Source: Sphagnum compactum (Eukaryota). From it: a DNA stretch of 64,000 nt. Shown one piece after another: positions 1 to 13,029 of this stretch. The notes beneath the pieces are model-generated. The model did not search any database. It worked only from the letters and a program-made list of their open reading frames with translations, and was not told the origin of the DNA. Location of the stretch: positions 15,986,213 to 16,050,212 of the forward strand of contig OZ234493.1 in the NCBI GenBank assembly GCA_965153455.1, written 5' to 3'. The position numbers were made by a program, and so were the translations under genes. Position 1 is the stretch's first letter. The number at the start of each line of letters is the position of its first letter.

Positions 1-2163
1 TAATTTTATATAATTAATATGGTTTTTTTACTTGTGATGTCTTGCTGTGAAATATATAAAATTTATGTTTTAATTAAATCTGTGCAAATATTATGATGTA
101 ATTTAAGATTTTTATGTATTAAACATAAACATTTATGTATGTCATTTAAAAATAATGTCTCATTTATTTGAATATTTAAAATATTGAATGCATACAAGTA
201 TTGTTCATATTAATTATAACATATGATTTATGCAATTTTTGTATGAACTTATAAGTTTGTGATGATTAATTGAAAACAATAACAATACCAATGCACATAT
301 GAAAATACAATGTCTATTATTGTACTACTTGAACGATTTCAACATAAATAATATTTTATTTTATTTTGTCGAATCTTTGACAAATTATTATTATTTGTGT
401 CAAAATTTTAATAAAATAAAAAACTCAACAATTAAGTTTGAACCACAGACCTCCAAATAGAAAGAGACTTAACATTGAGACACACTAGATTCTTCCACAA
501 CCTTGAAAAAAGTTTGTTAATTATTTTGTATAATCATTACATGCCAAAAAATTCAGAATTAAAAAATCAAGTGCCAAACTTAAATTTAAAATTTAATTAA
601 TTACTCGACAATTTGTTGCTGAAATCATTTAAGTATAAGGATATCTACATGTTAGTTTCAACCCATCAGGGCAGTTTTTAGAGATATATTAAAATGATTC
701 TCAAAAGATCACATAACCAATTACCATATATAAGTGAGGTTCTCAAAAATTTGAGAATTGACTCTCATATAAAACCATACTTTTGAAAAGATCTAAGAAT
801 TCGTCAAATAACCTTCAAACTGTCAGTCCTTTGCTGGTTATTTCATGAAAAGTTCTGGTTCTTTGAGACAACTTTTTAAAAAATCTCATGTTCTTTGATT
901 TCTCAAGTTCTTTTTAAAAAATAGACATTGGTTTAGGGTTTAAGAGTTGAAAAACTTCGCAATGGCACTCGATGTCACACCGTTGCTGTGTCCTTTTTCA
1001 CTGTAACATTGAACATTTTCACGCTGAAGAAGGACACTGCCAAGACGCACTACAACAACGTCAGGCTCAATGTTTTTAAACCTTGACTTTGGTTCAACAC
1101 ACATTGTTGGACCACAAGAGCCAAGGAAACAGAGTACCTTTTGCCTCAATCTCTTCAATCATGGGAGGCAACTTTTTGATTAGGTTAACATGAGCTACTC
1201 AAAAGCTGCCATCTTTCCAGAACCTGCAATTAAAATTTCGGGATCAGAATTTGGAATGTTGAAAGTTGGCCAAATAGCACAAAGAAATCCTTGCTCTAAC
1301 ATCTGATAGTTGGATATGTGATTCTCATCCTTACAGAAATTTCACAGACTTTTGTTAGCTTAACTTGTGCTGTCAGCATCTGTACTGAGTCATGCTAATC
1401 TCTATTGAGAGTAGGAGTGCAAATGCTGCAGTGAGCAAATTGTAGTTATCACCCTTAAAGTCGGAAAAACTGTCGATATTGAGGTATGGAGTGTACTCCA
1501 ACAAAAAGTATAGGCTACGAGTCTTCTTATGCATATACCACAACCAAATTTTCAACTCCAGCTGCTGCCACTGGATCCATATTTCACACATGGTTAGATC
1601 TATTTCAAACAAAAACATTGCAGCAGAAAGAGGGAATTCTTAAAACTTTGTCATGCATATTCATGAGTGAAGTATGTTTACTGGAAGTGATTGCATTATC
1701 AAGAACAAAGCTCTCTAGAAATCCATGGTTACTTTGATTGAGTAAACACACCAAATTGCGAAGGAGCCACTACAATAGCATCCAAAAAAGAGATGGGGAA
1801 CTCCAGGAACAACCTGCTCTATTAGTTTGGTGGCCACAATCCTTTGAAAAGTGCCATTTGCAATGGCACTTTGCGATGATTCAACAATGATTTTGTTGGG
1901 CAGTTGAAATTGTCTTTAATGGGCCGTAGGTAGACATTCCTCCCAAAGTGCCTGGATTTTCCATGACTACAAAACATGTACTTTGTCAAAAGAAAACAGG
2001 AGTCTTACATCTCTACAAATCCTATACTTGATTTGATATCACTACAAGAGACAAGAGAATGTGAATTTTTCTCACACAAAAAGTCATGGCTCATGAGACC
2101 TGTGAGGTAAACTTTGTGGTTTCATCCATTACAATGTGCAATGCGTGGTGTTTATTGTGACAT

Positions 2164-3190
2164 ATCTAATATATTAATTAACTAAGTCTGTGCGTTTGTC
2201 TGTGACCGTCGGTCTGTCTGTCCGTCGGTCCGTTAGATGTGGATGGATGAAGAAAACTGCAGATGTGGCTGAAGATTTTGGATGTGAAGGGAACTCTACA
2301 TGAGAGGCTACTGTTTCTTCTTCAAAAGAATGGAAGACAGATGAGCTCTGTTAACAGATTACCTCGAGGCCACTGATCTTCTCCTGAAAAGGGGGGATGG
2401 AAAGTGTGGATGTGACGTTAACGCTGTTAACAGAATAACGGGAGGCCACTGATCTTCTTCTGAAAAGAATCGTTGATGTCGGATGAACTCTGTTGTCAGT
2501 ATACCGCAAGAGAATCTTCGAAAGAGGGAGGTAAGACTTTGAGACCTGGAATGCTGTCTTATTATATTGAGATCTCAAACTATCCGAAAGAGGGAGGGAG
2601 GACGTTGGGACCTGGAAGCTGTCTTGTTATATATCGAGGCCCCAAAATCTCTGAAAAGAGGGAGGGAGGACGTTGGTACCTGGAACGCTGTCTTATTACA
2701 TCGAGGTCTCAAAATCTCCGAAAGAGGCAGGGAAAACGTTGGGACCTGAAACGCTGTCTTATTGTATCGAGGTCCCAAAATCTCCGAAAGAGGGAAGCAG
2801 TATTTTGGGACCTGGAACGGTAGCCCCCCGTCACGGCGGCCGCTCCGGCACGGGAAGAAAACGAAGGAGCTCTGGCGATGGCGATGGTCGGGAGTCACCG
2901 ACGACGCTCAGGCCGCTCTCTTCCCCTTTGCCTCCTTTCCTTCTCGCACAATCCTACGCCGATCTGATAGCCAAGCTGCTGTTGCATCTTCGTGATCTGG
3001 ATCGGAGTCCAGTTGCAGGAAAGACCATAGCAAAAGACCTACCTCGGAGGTTGGAGATAAGAGAACAACAGCAGTAGGAAAGAGAGCAGCATAGGAAGAG
3101 CAGGAGTAAAACCTAAAACCTAAAGGGGTCACAGACAGACCGACGGTCACAGAGACAGACGCACAGACTTAGTGAATTAATATATTAGAT
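2164..3190. mobile_element. Non-autonomous ~1.03-kb element with ~60-bp terminal inverted repeats
   Basis: The left end ATCTAATATATTAATTAACTAAGTCTGTGCGTTTGTCTGTGACCGTCGGTCTGTCTGT (2164-2221) is a near-perfect reverse complement of 3131-3190 (ACAGACAGACCGACGGTCACAGAGACAGACGCACAGACTTAGTGAATTAATATATTAGAT). The interior is more GC-rich than the flanks and has no transposase. Confidence 0.8.
2518..2818. repeat. Tandem array of ~66-bp units (~4.6 copies) with an internal inverted repeat
   Basis: Consensus CCGAAAGAGGGAGGGAGGACGTTGGGACCTGGAACGCTGTCTTATTATATCGAGGTCCCAAAATCT. TTGGGACCT...AGGTCCCAA can pair within each unit. More degenerate units precede it at ~2270-2518. Confidence 0.9.
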
Positions 3191-3258
3191 TGCAAAAAAA
3201 AACCAATGCTGAGCTTCATGTCTTGCCTGAGGAATTCCTTTAAACCCTAAACCCTTCT

Positions 3259-3346
3259 CATCCTCAAGGGGCACGGCAGGTCTCTGATTTCAACCATCCC
3301 CATCCTCAAGGGGCACGGCAGGTCTCTGATTTCAACCATCCCCATC
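3259..3346. repeat. Perfect 42-bp tandem duplication
   Basis: CATCCTCAAGGGGCACGGCAGGTCTCTGATTTCAACCATCCC occurs at 3259 and 3301. Confidence 0.9.
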
Positions 3347-3865
3347 TTCCCAGATGTTCTCCAGGTCTTCAGCAAAACAAAAATAGCATCTTGATTAGCT
3401 TCCTAAAGATCTTGATGCTCATACAGGTATATGTATCCCTGGTAAACGTGCTTCTTCTTCTCTAGGGTTTTGATTCCTCTTCTGTAGCATCTTGTCATCG
3501 TATTTGATTCTTGCGTGTGTGTGTGGGAGAGACATATGCAAGGATCCTTGGCCCAGCGGATCTCATTGCCCGCCTGTTGTCACCCACTACTGTCGCCGCT
3601 TCTCCTATCATCATCTTCATCATCATCCTCCTCTCGGAGACTTTTTCCACTGTCTGCAGGAACTTCTTCTGTGTTCAGCTGCTGTATCTTCTTCTTCTTC
3701 CGAAGACGACGACAAAAACGGTGTTTGCAGTTTTCTAGCTGCAGCAGCAGCTCGTTGTGGTGCTCATTATTGCCAGTTTGTTCCAGAGCTTTGCGGCGGT
3801 GTGTTGTAGAAGGGTGCAGTATTCATTCGGCGAGAGATTGTTGGTACACGAGTGCTGATTTGGAG

Positions 3866-6800
3866 ATGATGGAGCTGGAGGACAAAGATCTTCTGCGGAA
3901 ACAGGCGGCCTTGTTCCCTTTGTCTAAAGGTGAATTTTGATCCCTTTGTTGCATCCAGCTTCTGCAGATTGTGATGAAATAATTGTCAGTCATCAGAGCA
4001 GAGTACCTCACTGTCCCAAGTGTGTCTGAAGCAAATGATGTCTGAAGCAATTTGATGGAGCGACCGGTTGATTATGTTGATGATGTTATGTTCTCGTCAT
4101 CAACTTCACAGATATGTACTGACCAAGTTCCTGTATTTCAAGCTCTAGTTACACTTGTTACACATCTGATTGATGTCGGTTTGAGGAGAGCTCAAATGCT
4201 GCATGTGTAGCAACCCTAGCAATTGGGAAGGTAACCAAAAATGCCGAAGTTGTGATGCCCTGCAGGTGTGAAGTTCTCCTATGGAACTGCGGGCTTTCGC
4301 ACAGATGCAGCATTGTTACCCTCAACAGTGTTCCGGATGGGTGTGCTGGCTGCATTGCGGTCCCTGTGTACAAAACGTGCTACAGGGTTGATGATTACGG
4401 CCTCCCACAACCCTGTTCATGAAAACGGTGTGAAGCTGGCTGATCCAAGTGGTGGGATGCTAAATGTTGCCTGGGAGCCATACTCGGACATGTTGGCTAA
4501 TGCTCCAGATGTGGAGAACTTCCTGCAGGTGCTTGCTTGTCTCTGGCAACTCATGGCCCTTTCAGCTTCTTGGATTCGGGGCTCAGGGTTTTAATGACCT
4601 GATATTCTGAACTGGCTTCAGGTTTAGGGTATGAGGGTTTATGCAGCCACGAGGAGAGAGAGAGAGAGAGAGTGAAATTTTGAGGTTTGATGTTTCTAGT
4701 AGATCTAACTTATATGTATTTTGGAGCCCAGATTGTTGAACATATTGTGAAGAGGGAAAACATTCAATCCGGAAATGCTGCAAGCGGTGAGGTCCTACTG
4801 GCCAGGGACACACGACCAAGTGGAGAAGCTCTGGTTTCAGCTGCTCGTCAAGTAAGCATACACTGTCAATGTTTCCCATTCAGGGGTGGTGCAAAGATGA
4901 ACAGACAAACTGATCTGTAGTCCCTCAGCTTTGTCAAACCAACATCCCTGTGCTCTTGCAATACTCTGCACCATTACCAACGATTTGAAGTGCATGATTG
5001 TGTGCCAATCTTTTTTGATGGCTGGGTCATTCCTTTGAGATTCTTGGGTGCAAACATTGGTGAGAGTAGTCCTTTTTGGACATCAATACATGATAATAAG
5101 AATGGACTTGGACATGACTGTGCATAAAAAGGGTGTAGAAGCGGTCAGAGGCACTGTGGCTCATGACATGGGTGTTTTGACTACTCCACAACTGCACTGG
5201 ATGGTTCGATCATTCAACAATGGTGTTCCTGCATCTGAGTCAGATTACTTCCATCAACTATCTGACTCCTTTAGGTGCGGCTCTCTCTCTGTTCTCTCTA
5301 TTACCATCTCGACCTTGATTCTAAGGTTTCCTGGTCTGAACTGGGTTTGGAGTTTACAGCCACAAGGTTACCTGTTGGTCACTCTCATCCAGAGGACTGG
5401 AGAAACTACGGTACTCCAGAACTGATCCCCATCTATCATTGACCTTTTAACTGATGCAAAAAATCCAAAAGCAACCTTTCACTGTTTGCTTTTTGGTTAT
5501 AAAGAGACAATTCTTTCTTGAAGCAGTTCATGCAGTCATGCAGTCACTCTCTGGATGTTAACTGTCCTCTTTGACATGGTTTTCTTTCCAAGTTGTTGCA
5601 CTATCCAATTAATGTGATATTTGTGTTCCTGATTTTATTGGTATTGCTGTTGTTTCATCTCTTAGCTCCATGACTTTAGGGATATATTTTAGTATCTAAT
5701 TTCATAAAACTTCTTCTCCCCTGTGTAAAATTTACATTCATCAATCTGCTGTTCACTGTGGATGGGATTAGTAAACCTAGAAACATAGTGCATGCAGTTT
5801 GGATTTCCGAGAATTTACTCCAAGCTCTTCAGTGTGAATGTGTCTTGACAGGATGCTGGTAGAACTATGGCATGCAAACACAGGAGACTCGACACACTCT
5901 GAGGAGCTGATTGTGGATGCAGCTAATGGTGTGGGTGCCAGCAAATTGACCAGGCTACAGCATCTTACCACTAGCTTGGACCTGCAAGTTCGAAATTCTG
6001 GAAATGAAGGAGGGGGATTGCTAAATGATGGTGTTGGGGCTGACTTTGTGCAGAAGGAAAAGGTCTTGCCCCATGGGTTCCAGTTGCCTGCAGATGTCGG
6101 AAAAAGGTATAGGGTTACAGGAGAAGTTCTATTAAAACTTAACCAAATATCTGCTTAAGAAAGAAAGATTTGTGTTTGGTGTTTCTGCCTTTGGAATCTC
6201 CAAGATGATTAGTTCAAGGATTTCTGAACCCTTAGTGGTGAACTTCTCAGAGCCGACTCTGTCCTGAAAAGATCATGCTCTTGAAGTTCTCCAGCTTGTT
6301 TCTGTCTTTCTTCCTCTTTCCTTGTTTTGTTCTTCTTTTGGGTTTTTGTTGTATTTTTCTTTGTGTCCCACTTTGTTCAGGTTTTTTGGTCATCTCCTCA
6401 TTTAAGTTTTGTTGAGCTAGCTAGCATCATTGCTGAGTCCTCCCAATTCTAAGTTTTGAAAGTTGAAGACACTCAGTGTTCAATTGCAAAAGCAAGAATG
6501 GTTTTCAGTCAAGCTATTGTTGAATGATGCTTTTCAGATGTGCAAGCATCGATGGAGATGCAGACCGACTTGTCTACTTCTATATACCTGAAAAGCATGA
6601 AGACGGATACTCTGGCCCTGTCTGTACTCTACATCTCTTGGATGGAGATAAAATTGCTGCTATTTTTGGCTTGTTCATCATAGGTCAGCTACGCATATTG
6701 GCAGGGTCTAAGAGCTCAGTCAGTGATGCTACCACTGCACACAAGGCTGTTGTTCCTGGGTATGGTGAGGTGAAAGTTGCTGTTGTGCAAACAGCATATG

Positions 6801-8339
6801 CTAATGGGGCCTCAACTAATTATATCAAACAAGTGCTTGGCTTGGAAGTTGCTACTACTCCAACTGGTGTCAAACATCTTCATAAGAAGGCAGAACAGTA
6901 TGATATTGGGATCTACTTTGAGGCAAATGGTCATGGCACCATTCTGTTTAATGAGATCTTTTCACAATGGTTACAGGATGCTTCAGTGCAGCAGAAAGGT
7001 TTGATCAACTTTCTCTAACTTTCTGAACTGTGTTGTGATGGATGCATACCAAATGGATATTCTGTAGTTACCTGAAATTGAGGTTGGAATGTTAGTCCCT
7101 GAACATTGTTTTGGGGAATAAATAATGTTGTCCTAATTGGTGGGTATATGTTGAGATAGGAGTCCTTTTCTGATGCTGTGTAGTGGATAGATAGACCACT
7201 TGAAGATTTTCTTGCACATAAAAGCATAAAGAGTTTTCCAAAGGCAAAATACCATTTGCCAGCTAGGTTTGATTTAGGGTTTTCCCTGCATCCTTCGATC
7301 ATGAGTATGGGACTATCTTGATACTGATGAGAGTTAATTTTTCCTGAATTCTTGTGTCTTGCGTTATTTTGCAGAAGCTGAGCACCGTCAGGCAGCTAAA
7401 AGGTTGGTAGCTGTGAATGAGATGGTGAATCAAGCAGTTGGAGATGCACTCAGTGGGATTCTGATGGTGGAGGTTGTGCTACGATATCAGGGTTGGTCAG
7501 TTGAGCAATGGGACTCCATGTACAAAGACTTGCCAAGCCGACAACTTAAGGTTAGAAAGTAGCCTGTTTCCCTGAGTTGTGCCAATGGTTTGAGGACACA
7601 TGAGAAGAACAAGAACCATATTGTGGTCCAGCTTTTGGGTAGCCTTTCCCATTGGGCGCGGGTTTGTAATGTACAGTCTGCTTTGATGTTGGGTCCTCAG
7701 GAGGGTGTTTATATTGGAATTATACTTTTTGGCTGTTGATCTACCTTCATAACAGTATAATTTCTGTGTTGGTTTTGGTCGTGACCATGTTTCTTTTCTT
7801 TACTTGCTCTTCTGATGATTGGAAACACATTTGAGTCCAAGTAGGTGAAGGTGAAGGATCGGGCAGTCATCATCACGACACCTGATGAGACTCGTGTTGC
7901 CTCACCATCCTCATTACAAGAAGCAATTGACACAGAAGTTGGTAAGCTTTTCTTTGTTTTCATAATCTTAAGGACTTCATCAGACTCTGTCAACAGCCTT
8001 GACTGACAGAAGAAAAGAAAGAGCTTCTTGCATTCCGTTGTGATAATAGTTTGAACTTTCAATTCTTCTAGATTACAACTCAGGTTAAAGTGCATCTCAT
8101 TTGTATACCACCAACAGACGAGTTCCCTTTATTCTCTTAAACTCGATATAAACTGTATGGTTCATTTTTCTGTTGCAGGGAAATACAAAGGTGGGCGGGC
8201 ATTTGTTAGGCCTTCAGGAACAGAGGACGTGGTACGCGTGTATGCTGAGGCATCATCACAGCAATCTGCAGATGCTTTAGCTCAAGCTGTTTGTGTCCTA
8301 GTTTACCATCTAGCAGGAGGCGTTGGCCCTGAACCATGA
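3866..8339 (+). CDS. DRT101: Phosphoacetylglucosamine mutase (PGM3/AGM1 family), 9 coding exons: 3866-3929, 4266-4528, 4732-4851, 5132-5274, 5852-6106, 6538-6998, 7375-7550, 7845-7941, 8179-8339
   Basis: Motifs YGTAGFR, catalytic ITASHNP, RDTRPSG, TTPQLHW, DAANGVG, metal-binding [16 protein letters not shown] and [17 protein letters not shown] are present. All introns are GT-AG and phase-compatible. Confidence 0.95.
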
Positions 8340-8430
8340 GTGTAACAGGAAGTTAACAAATTTGCAGAAAGTGCTTGTCAGCCCTGAACCATGAGTGTGA
8401 CAGGAAATTAGCAAATTTGTAGAAAGTTCT
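8326..8430 (+). repeat. ~55-bp tandem duplication of the DRT101 stop codon and start of the 3'UTR
   Basis: GCCCTGAACCATGAGTGT(A/G)ACAGGAA(G/A)TTA(A/G)CAAATTTG(C/T)AGAAAGT occurs at 8326 and 8381. Confidence 0.85.
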
Positions 8431-8707
8431 TTATCTTTGCCACTCACATGTTCTGTTGTGGCTACATCTTGCATAGACTGAGATTCATAACCTTACCATT
8501 CTTGCTTTCAGATTCTCCACACATGGAAAAGTGGATATTTGACTTGACTGTAAACTGTTCAAGTCTCTTCTCAATAGAAAGAGGATTTGTGCACACAGAT
8601 TTCTTGTAACAGTTATCACACAAGTCTTATGTGTTTTCTTGACCATTCTTGATGTTTTCTCTTGTGTTTTTTTCTTGACCATTCTTTGTGTTTTTTCGTG
8701 TGTTTTG

Positions 8708-8992
8708 GACTTTTGTGGTATGAAGCATTTTTCTATTTTCCCTTAGAAAACAGAGATTTTGGGCACACTCTTTCTTTGGTTTTTCTTGGCGTCATGTGCA
8801 AGACTTTTGTGGTATGAAGCATTTTTCTATTTTCCCTTAGAAAACAGAGATTTTGGGCACACTCTTTCTTTGGTTTTTCTTGGCGTCATGTGCAAGACTT
8901 TTGTGGTATGAAGCATTTTTCTATTTTCCCTTAGAAAACAGAGATTTTGGGCACACTCTTTCTTTGGTTTTTCTTGGCGTCATGTGCAAGAC
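8708..8992. repeat. Three identical 94-bp tandem copies between DRT101 and RPL19
   Basis: The unit GACTTTTGTGGTATGAAGCATTTTTC...GGCGTCATGTGCAA starts at 8708, 8802 and 8896. Confidence 0.95.
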
Positions 8993-9118
8993 ATGATGAA
9001 AGTTTATCTCTTTTGCGTAGCTGCCAAGTCTGTGTTGTCTCAATGCGCAAGAAACCCACGATCAAAAGAAAAAGGGTCGAAAGGTGCGGTAGAGATCGCA
9101 GCGCCGCAAGCAAACCTT

Positions 9119-9141
9119 TAGGGTTTGAGGAAATTAGGGTT
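9119..9141 (-). promoter_or_regulatory. Telo-box motifs (AAACCCTA) upstream of RPL19
   Basis: TAGGGTTT and TTAGGGTT lie ~200 bp before the ATG. Telo-boxes are typical of plant ribosomal-protein promoters. Confidence 0.55.
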
Positions 9142-9333
9142 CAAGGAAATTAGGGCTTGGTGTTCTTTTCTTCTTCTTCTTAGTGTAATTCCGTGCTTTC
9201 GTAGTGTCTCTTTTGCTTTGACAACAGAACAGTTTGCACGCTTTCTGATACATCTCTTCGATACAGAAGTTAAGAGGAGAGACAAAGAGAGAGAGAGAGA
9301 GATAGAGAAGGGAGAAAGAGAAGGGAGCCAGTC

Positions 9334-10344
9334 ATGGTGTCCCTCAAGCTGCAGAAGAGGTTGGCAGCCAGTGTGCTGAAGTGTGGGGAGCGGAAGGTAT
9401 GGTTGGATCCTAATGAGGTTAACGAGATATCCATGGCAAACTCTCGTCAGAACATCCGGAAGTTGGTCAAGGATGGGTTTGTGATCAGGAAGCCGCAGAA
9501 GATACACTCGCGAGCTCGCGCTCGGCGTGCGTTGGAGGCTAAGAGGAAGGGGCGTCACTCTGGCTATGGCAAACGCCGTGGTACTAGAGAGGCTAGACTT
9601 CCCACTAAGGTTGGTGACTCTCTAGACTTCCTTCTGTTGCACCTCGATGTCTTCACGGCTTGCTGGTTGTGTGAGCAGGAAGGGATCATTATCTAGGTTA
9701 GACTATTACTGCTATTGCAAGTAGAACAGAACGTTTTCGTGCCTCGGAGGTTATCCTCCCATGTGCTAAAACTGCCCACATGCTGCAGGGTGAAAATTGT
9801 TGAATGTTAGAACTTAGCCTTTTACTTGCACAAGACTATCATATGCTATTGGATATGAGAATTGTGGTTTCGGATTCTTGAACAGGCAGCCTGCATTGTA
9901 CATAGGTAGTTTGTTTCCGATTGATTTCCCATCGGCAAAGATATTGCCGTTGCTGCTGATGCTCTAGTGTCATCCATCTACATTGAAAAGGTGCTATGGT
10001 TGAGGCGCTTGCGGGTGCTGAGGCGGCTTCTGCGTAAGTACCGTGATGCCAAGAAGATTGACAAACATATGTACCACGATATGTACATGAAGGTGAAGGG
10101 TAATGTGTTTAAGAACAAGCGTGTCCTGATGGAGAGCATTCACAAATCAAAGGCTGAGAAGGCCCGTGAGAAAACACTTTCTGACCAGTTTGAGGCTAGG
10201 CGTGCAAAGAACAAGGCCACCAGGGAGCGCAAGATTGCAAGACGTGAAGAGCGCTTGGCACAAGGATTGGAGGGAGAAGTTGCTCCCAAGACAGCTGCAG
10301 ATGCTCCCATTACTGATGTACCCCAGAAGAAATCAAAGAATTGA
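9334..10344 (+). CDS. RPL19: 60S ribosomal protein L19 (eL19), exons 9334-9609 and 9991-10344
   Basis: [94 protein letters not shown]. The intron is phase-0 GT-AG. Confidence 0.97.
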
Positions 10345-12199
10345 TAAATATGCTCAACTGTTGTTGGATTATGATGTACACCACTGGAACTTATTGTAAG
10401 GTGTTGAGCAATCCTTCAATTATGACTTTACATCAAATTAATTGTAGCCTTTTTTATCTTTGGAATGAGAGAATTTTCAACATCTGCCCTAATTTTTTCA
10501 TGTTATCTGCACTGTGAACTGGATGCATTCTCTTCACATCACACATGTTGTAGTTGTACCAGCTGGATCAATTCTTAGTGGTCATGGAATGGTACAAATT
10601 GAGCCTAGAAAGTGGGTAGGAAACCATGACATCAACACTGTCAAGTTTTGGAAGTCTCATGCAGGATTCAACTTGGACAGTAAGCTCCACTGTGTTAGCT
10701 GAATGTTTGTGCTGTCCTGTGTGACTATCTTAGTTGGTGAGATTTTACTGCAAGACTTTTTCTTCCAATCAGAGCACTGTAGTGAACTTCTTTGTTTGAA
10801 TATTTTGGAATGGGTTAGTGATTTGGTTTTACTGTGTAGTGGTAATGGTCTGGTCTACAGATCAAAACTCAAATTGACCAAATTTTGAAATACTCGTGGC
10901 AAAAAAAAAATGAAACACACTTGTCAAAATCGGCAGGTGTTTCACAGCTTTTGTGTTCAAAGTAGTAGTTGCTGTAGAACTATTGTATTTGCATTGGCTA
11001 TCTCTATGCTGAACACTTTCTTGATAATCAGAGCAAATGGGCTGCAAATTGGAGTTAAGAAATCTGCTAGTGAGTTTGTTACGTTCTATTCCACCTCTCC
11101 CAACCTGTTGTTGTCAAATGTATGATCAGTTCTTCTTGAGATTGTTTCCTCTTCCAAAAATTGTGGTATTCCTGTACTACAAGTACATATTCTTTTATGA
11201 GCATCGCAAGGAGTAGTTGATGTATAAAATTCTCAAGCTCTTGTATTTTTCTTTTGTGCAAGTGTTCAATCTTTTTGTTAGAATATAAAGAGTTGGATCT
11301 CAAGTAAAGCAGTTGTGAATCTATGGTCACATCTGTCATATTTGTTGCATCGATTCTTGGATGGAAAATTAATCAACGTATCCCTTCTACCTCATCAAAT
11401 CACAAAAGTTGATGCTTTCCATCACCTCAATACTACAAAGTTCTACCATTTTATCAATGTTCACCGAGAAGCTTACATCTTTTAGCACTCCTTGGATTCT
11501 TTTCAACAAATTGCTACCTCTACCCTGCTTCCTCTACCCCCATGGTATTCAATTCCCATGCACCACGACCGAAGAGGGAAAAAAGCACATCTTAAAATTT
11601 TGAATTGATAAAGATAGGAATCAATAAGAATCAATTTAAACATTTGTTAAAACCATGACAAGCAATGAGGCAATAAGTTCACCTTATTATTTAGGGTGTT
11701 ATTCCCATTTTTGGTTTCTAAGGTTTTAGGGTCCAATGTTTGTTTTGTTGCTATTTTTCTTATTTTTGCACTATTGCTTATTGCTTCTCTTTGTCTTTTA
11801 TTCACTGTCAAAGTGTAACATTGCTCACCTTTTCAACACCATTATTGCAAAATCTCATTTGTTAAAGTGTTAGCAAAGATGGTGGGAATGTTTATAGCTC
11901 CAACTTTTGAAGGGGAAGGTAATAATCTACCAACCATGCCTTTGTCTACCCCTACACAACTTGTTCAACAAGGATTAGACACAAGAAGGATGCCACATGT
12001 TGGTGTCAATGTTTTCTCACTTGAAAGCCGAAGGAAAGTGGGCCAATAGTTTGGTGTAACTTGGCAAATTGTCTTAAAGAAAAAAGTTGAACATGAAATT
12101 TAGTGATACATTTATAGTGTAACCTCATGCATTTTGTGTGGATGTCACACCTATGTGAACATCAATGCTTAAAATAATGATTTTATGAATGATGAGTTT

Positions 12200-13020
12200 G
12201 ATGGATTGAAAAAAATGCAAGTTTTGCAAGTTGAAATGACGACTATGCAACAAGACCTAAAGCCTATTCAAGCATCTTAGCAAAATACAATTACTCCATC
12301 ATGACAAATGACTTAAGTGATATGAAAAAACGAAACACTTCCAAAGAGGTCACTTTTTTATATTTGAAGAAACATCTAACATAACAATGTATTTTTAATT
12401 TGTTAGGAAATAATTTCATGTTTTAGGTATAGTTCAGAATATTCAAAATATATTTTAAATATAATTTCATAATGATTTATAAACACCCCATTTATATTGA
12501 ATTAAGTTTTTATTTATTTATTTATTCAATAAGTTCCACCTTTTTTTTTTTGCAAATAGTTTGGAATAAGATTGAAATGGCTTTCCAAAGGAAACATCAT
12601 CAACATATTTGTTTCTTCTTGCAAAGGCACAATTTTCTTCAAGGCAATTGATGCATTAACAAATTTGTTTGGAACACCCATTACAACTACTTACATCCAT
12701 GGTCATATTATGCAAACCATGATAAAGGTAAGGTCCACCAACATTGTACAAGTTGTGATTTCCAATGCAAGTAATTGCAAGCTTATGGGTAGGATGATTA
12801 TTGTTGAATATTCAAACATTATGTGGAACCCTTGTGTTGTGCATTGTCTTGACCTCATGGTTGACAAAATTGGAAAACTTGATTAGCTAATGGAAGAAGT
12901 GTTGAGTGTTGCAAGAAACATGGTGACATTTGTCATTAAAAAACCCAAGGTGTTAACAATGTATAAGATGCACGGAAATTTGGAAACCTAGGTTTTCAAC
13001 CATGTGTTATGTTATAAACA
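12200..13020 (+). mobile_element. Decayed hAT transposase fragment (DUF659-type region)
   Basis: SDMKKRNIINIFVSSCKGTIFFKAIDA...NIVQVVISNASNCKLMG...IMWNPCVVHCLDLMVDKIGKL carries the PCxxHCLDL motif. It has stops, a 259-bp insert, and is truncated by the CRE element. Confidence 0.75.
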
Positions 13021-13029
13021 TCCGAGGGG

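Noticed and set aside
940..1975. Coding-like minus-strand sequence
   Set aside because: All frames are broken by stops and no motif was recognised, so a gene call cannot be supported.
2351..3150. Many overlapping ORFs on both strands
   Set aside because: They arise from the 66-bp (multiple of three), stop-poor repeat and GC-rich interior. No recognisable domain.
9334..10344. RPL19 as a retrogene because it has few introns
   Set aside because: It keeps a canonical intron, telo-boxes and an intact frame.
10900..11600. Possible decayed gene on the minus strand
   Set aside because: Multiple stops and no identifiable family.
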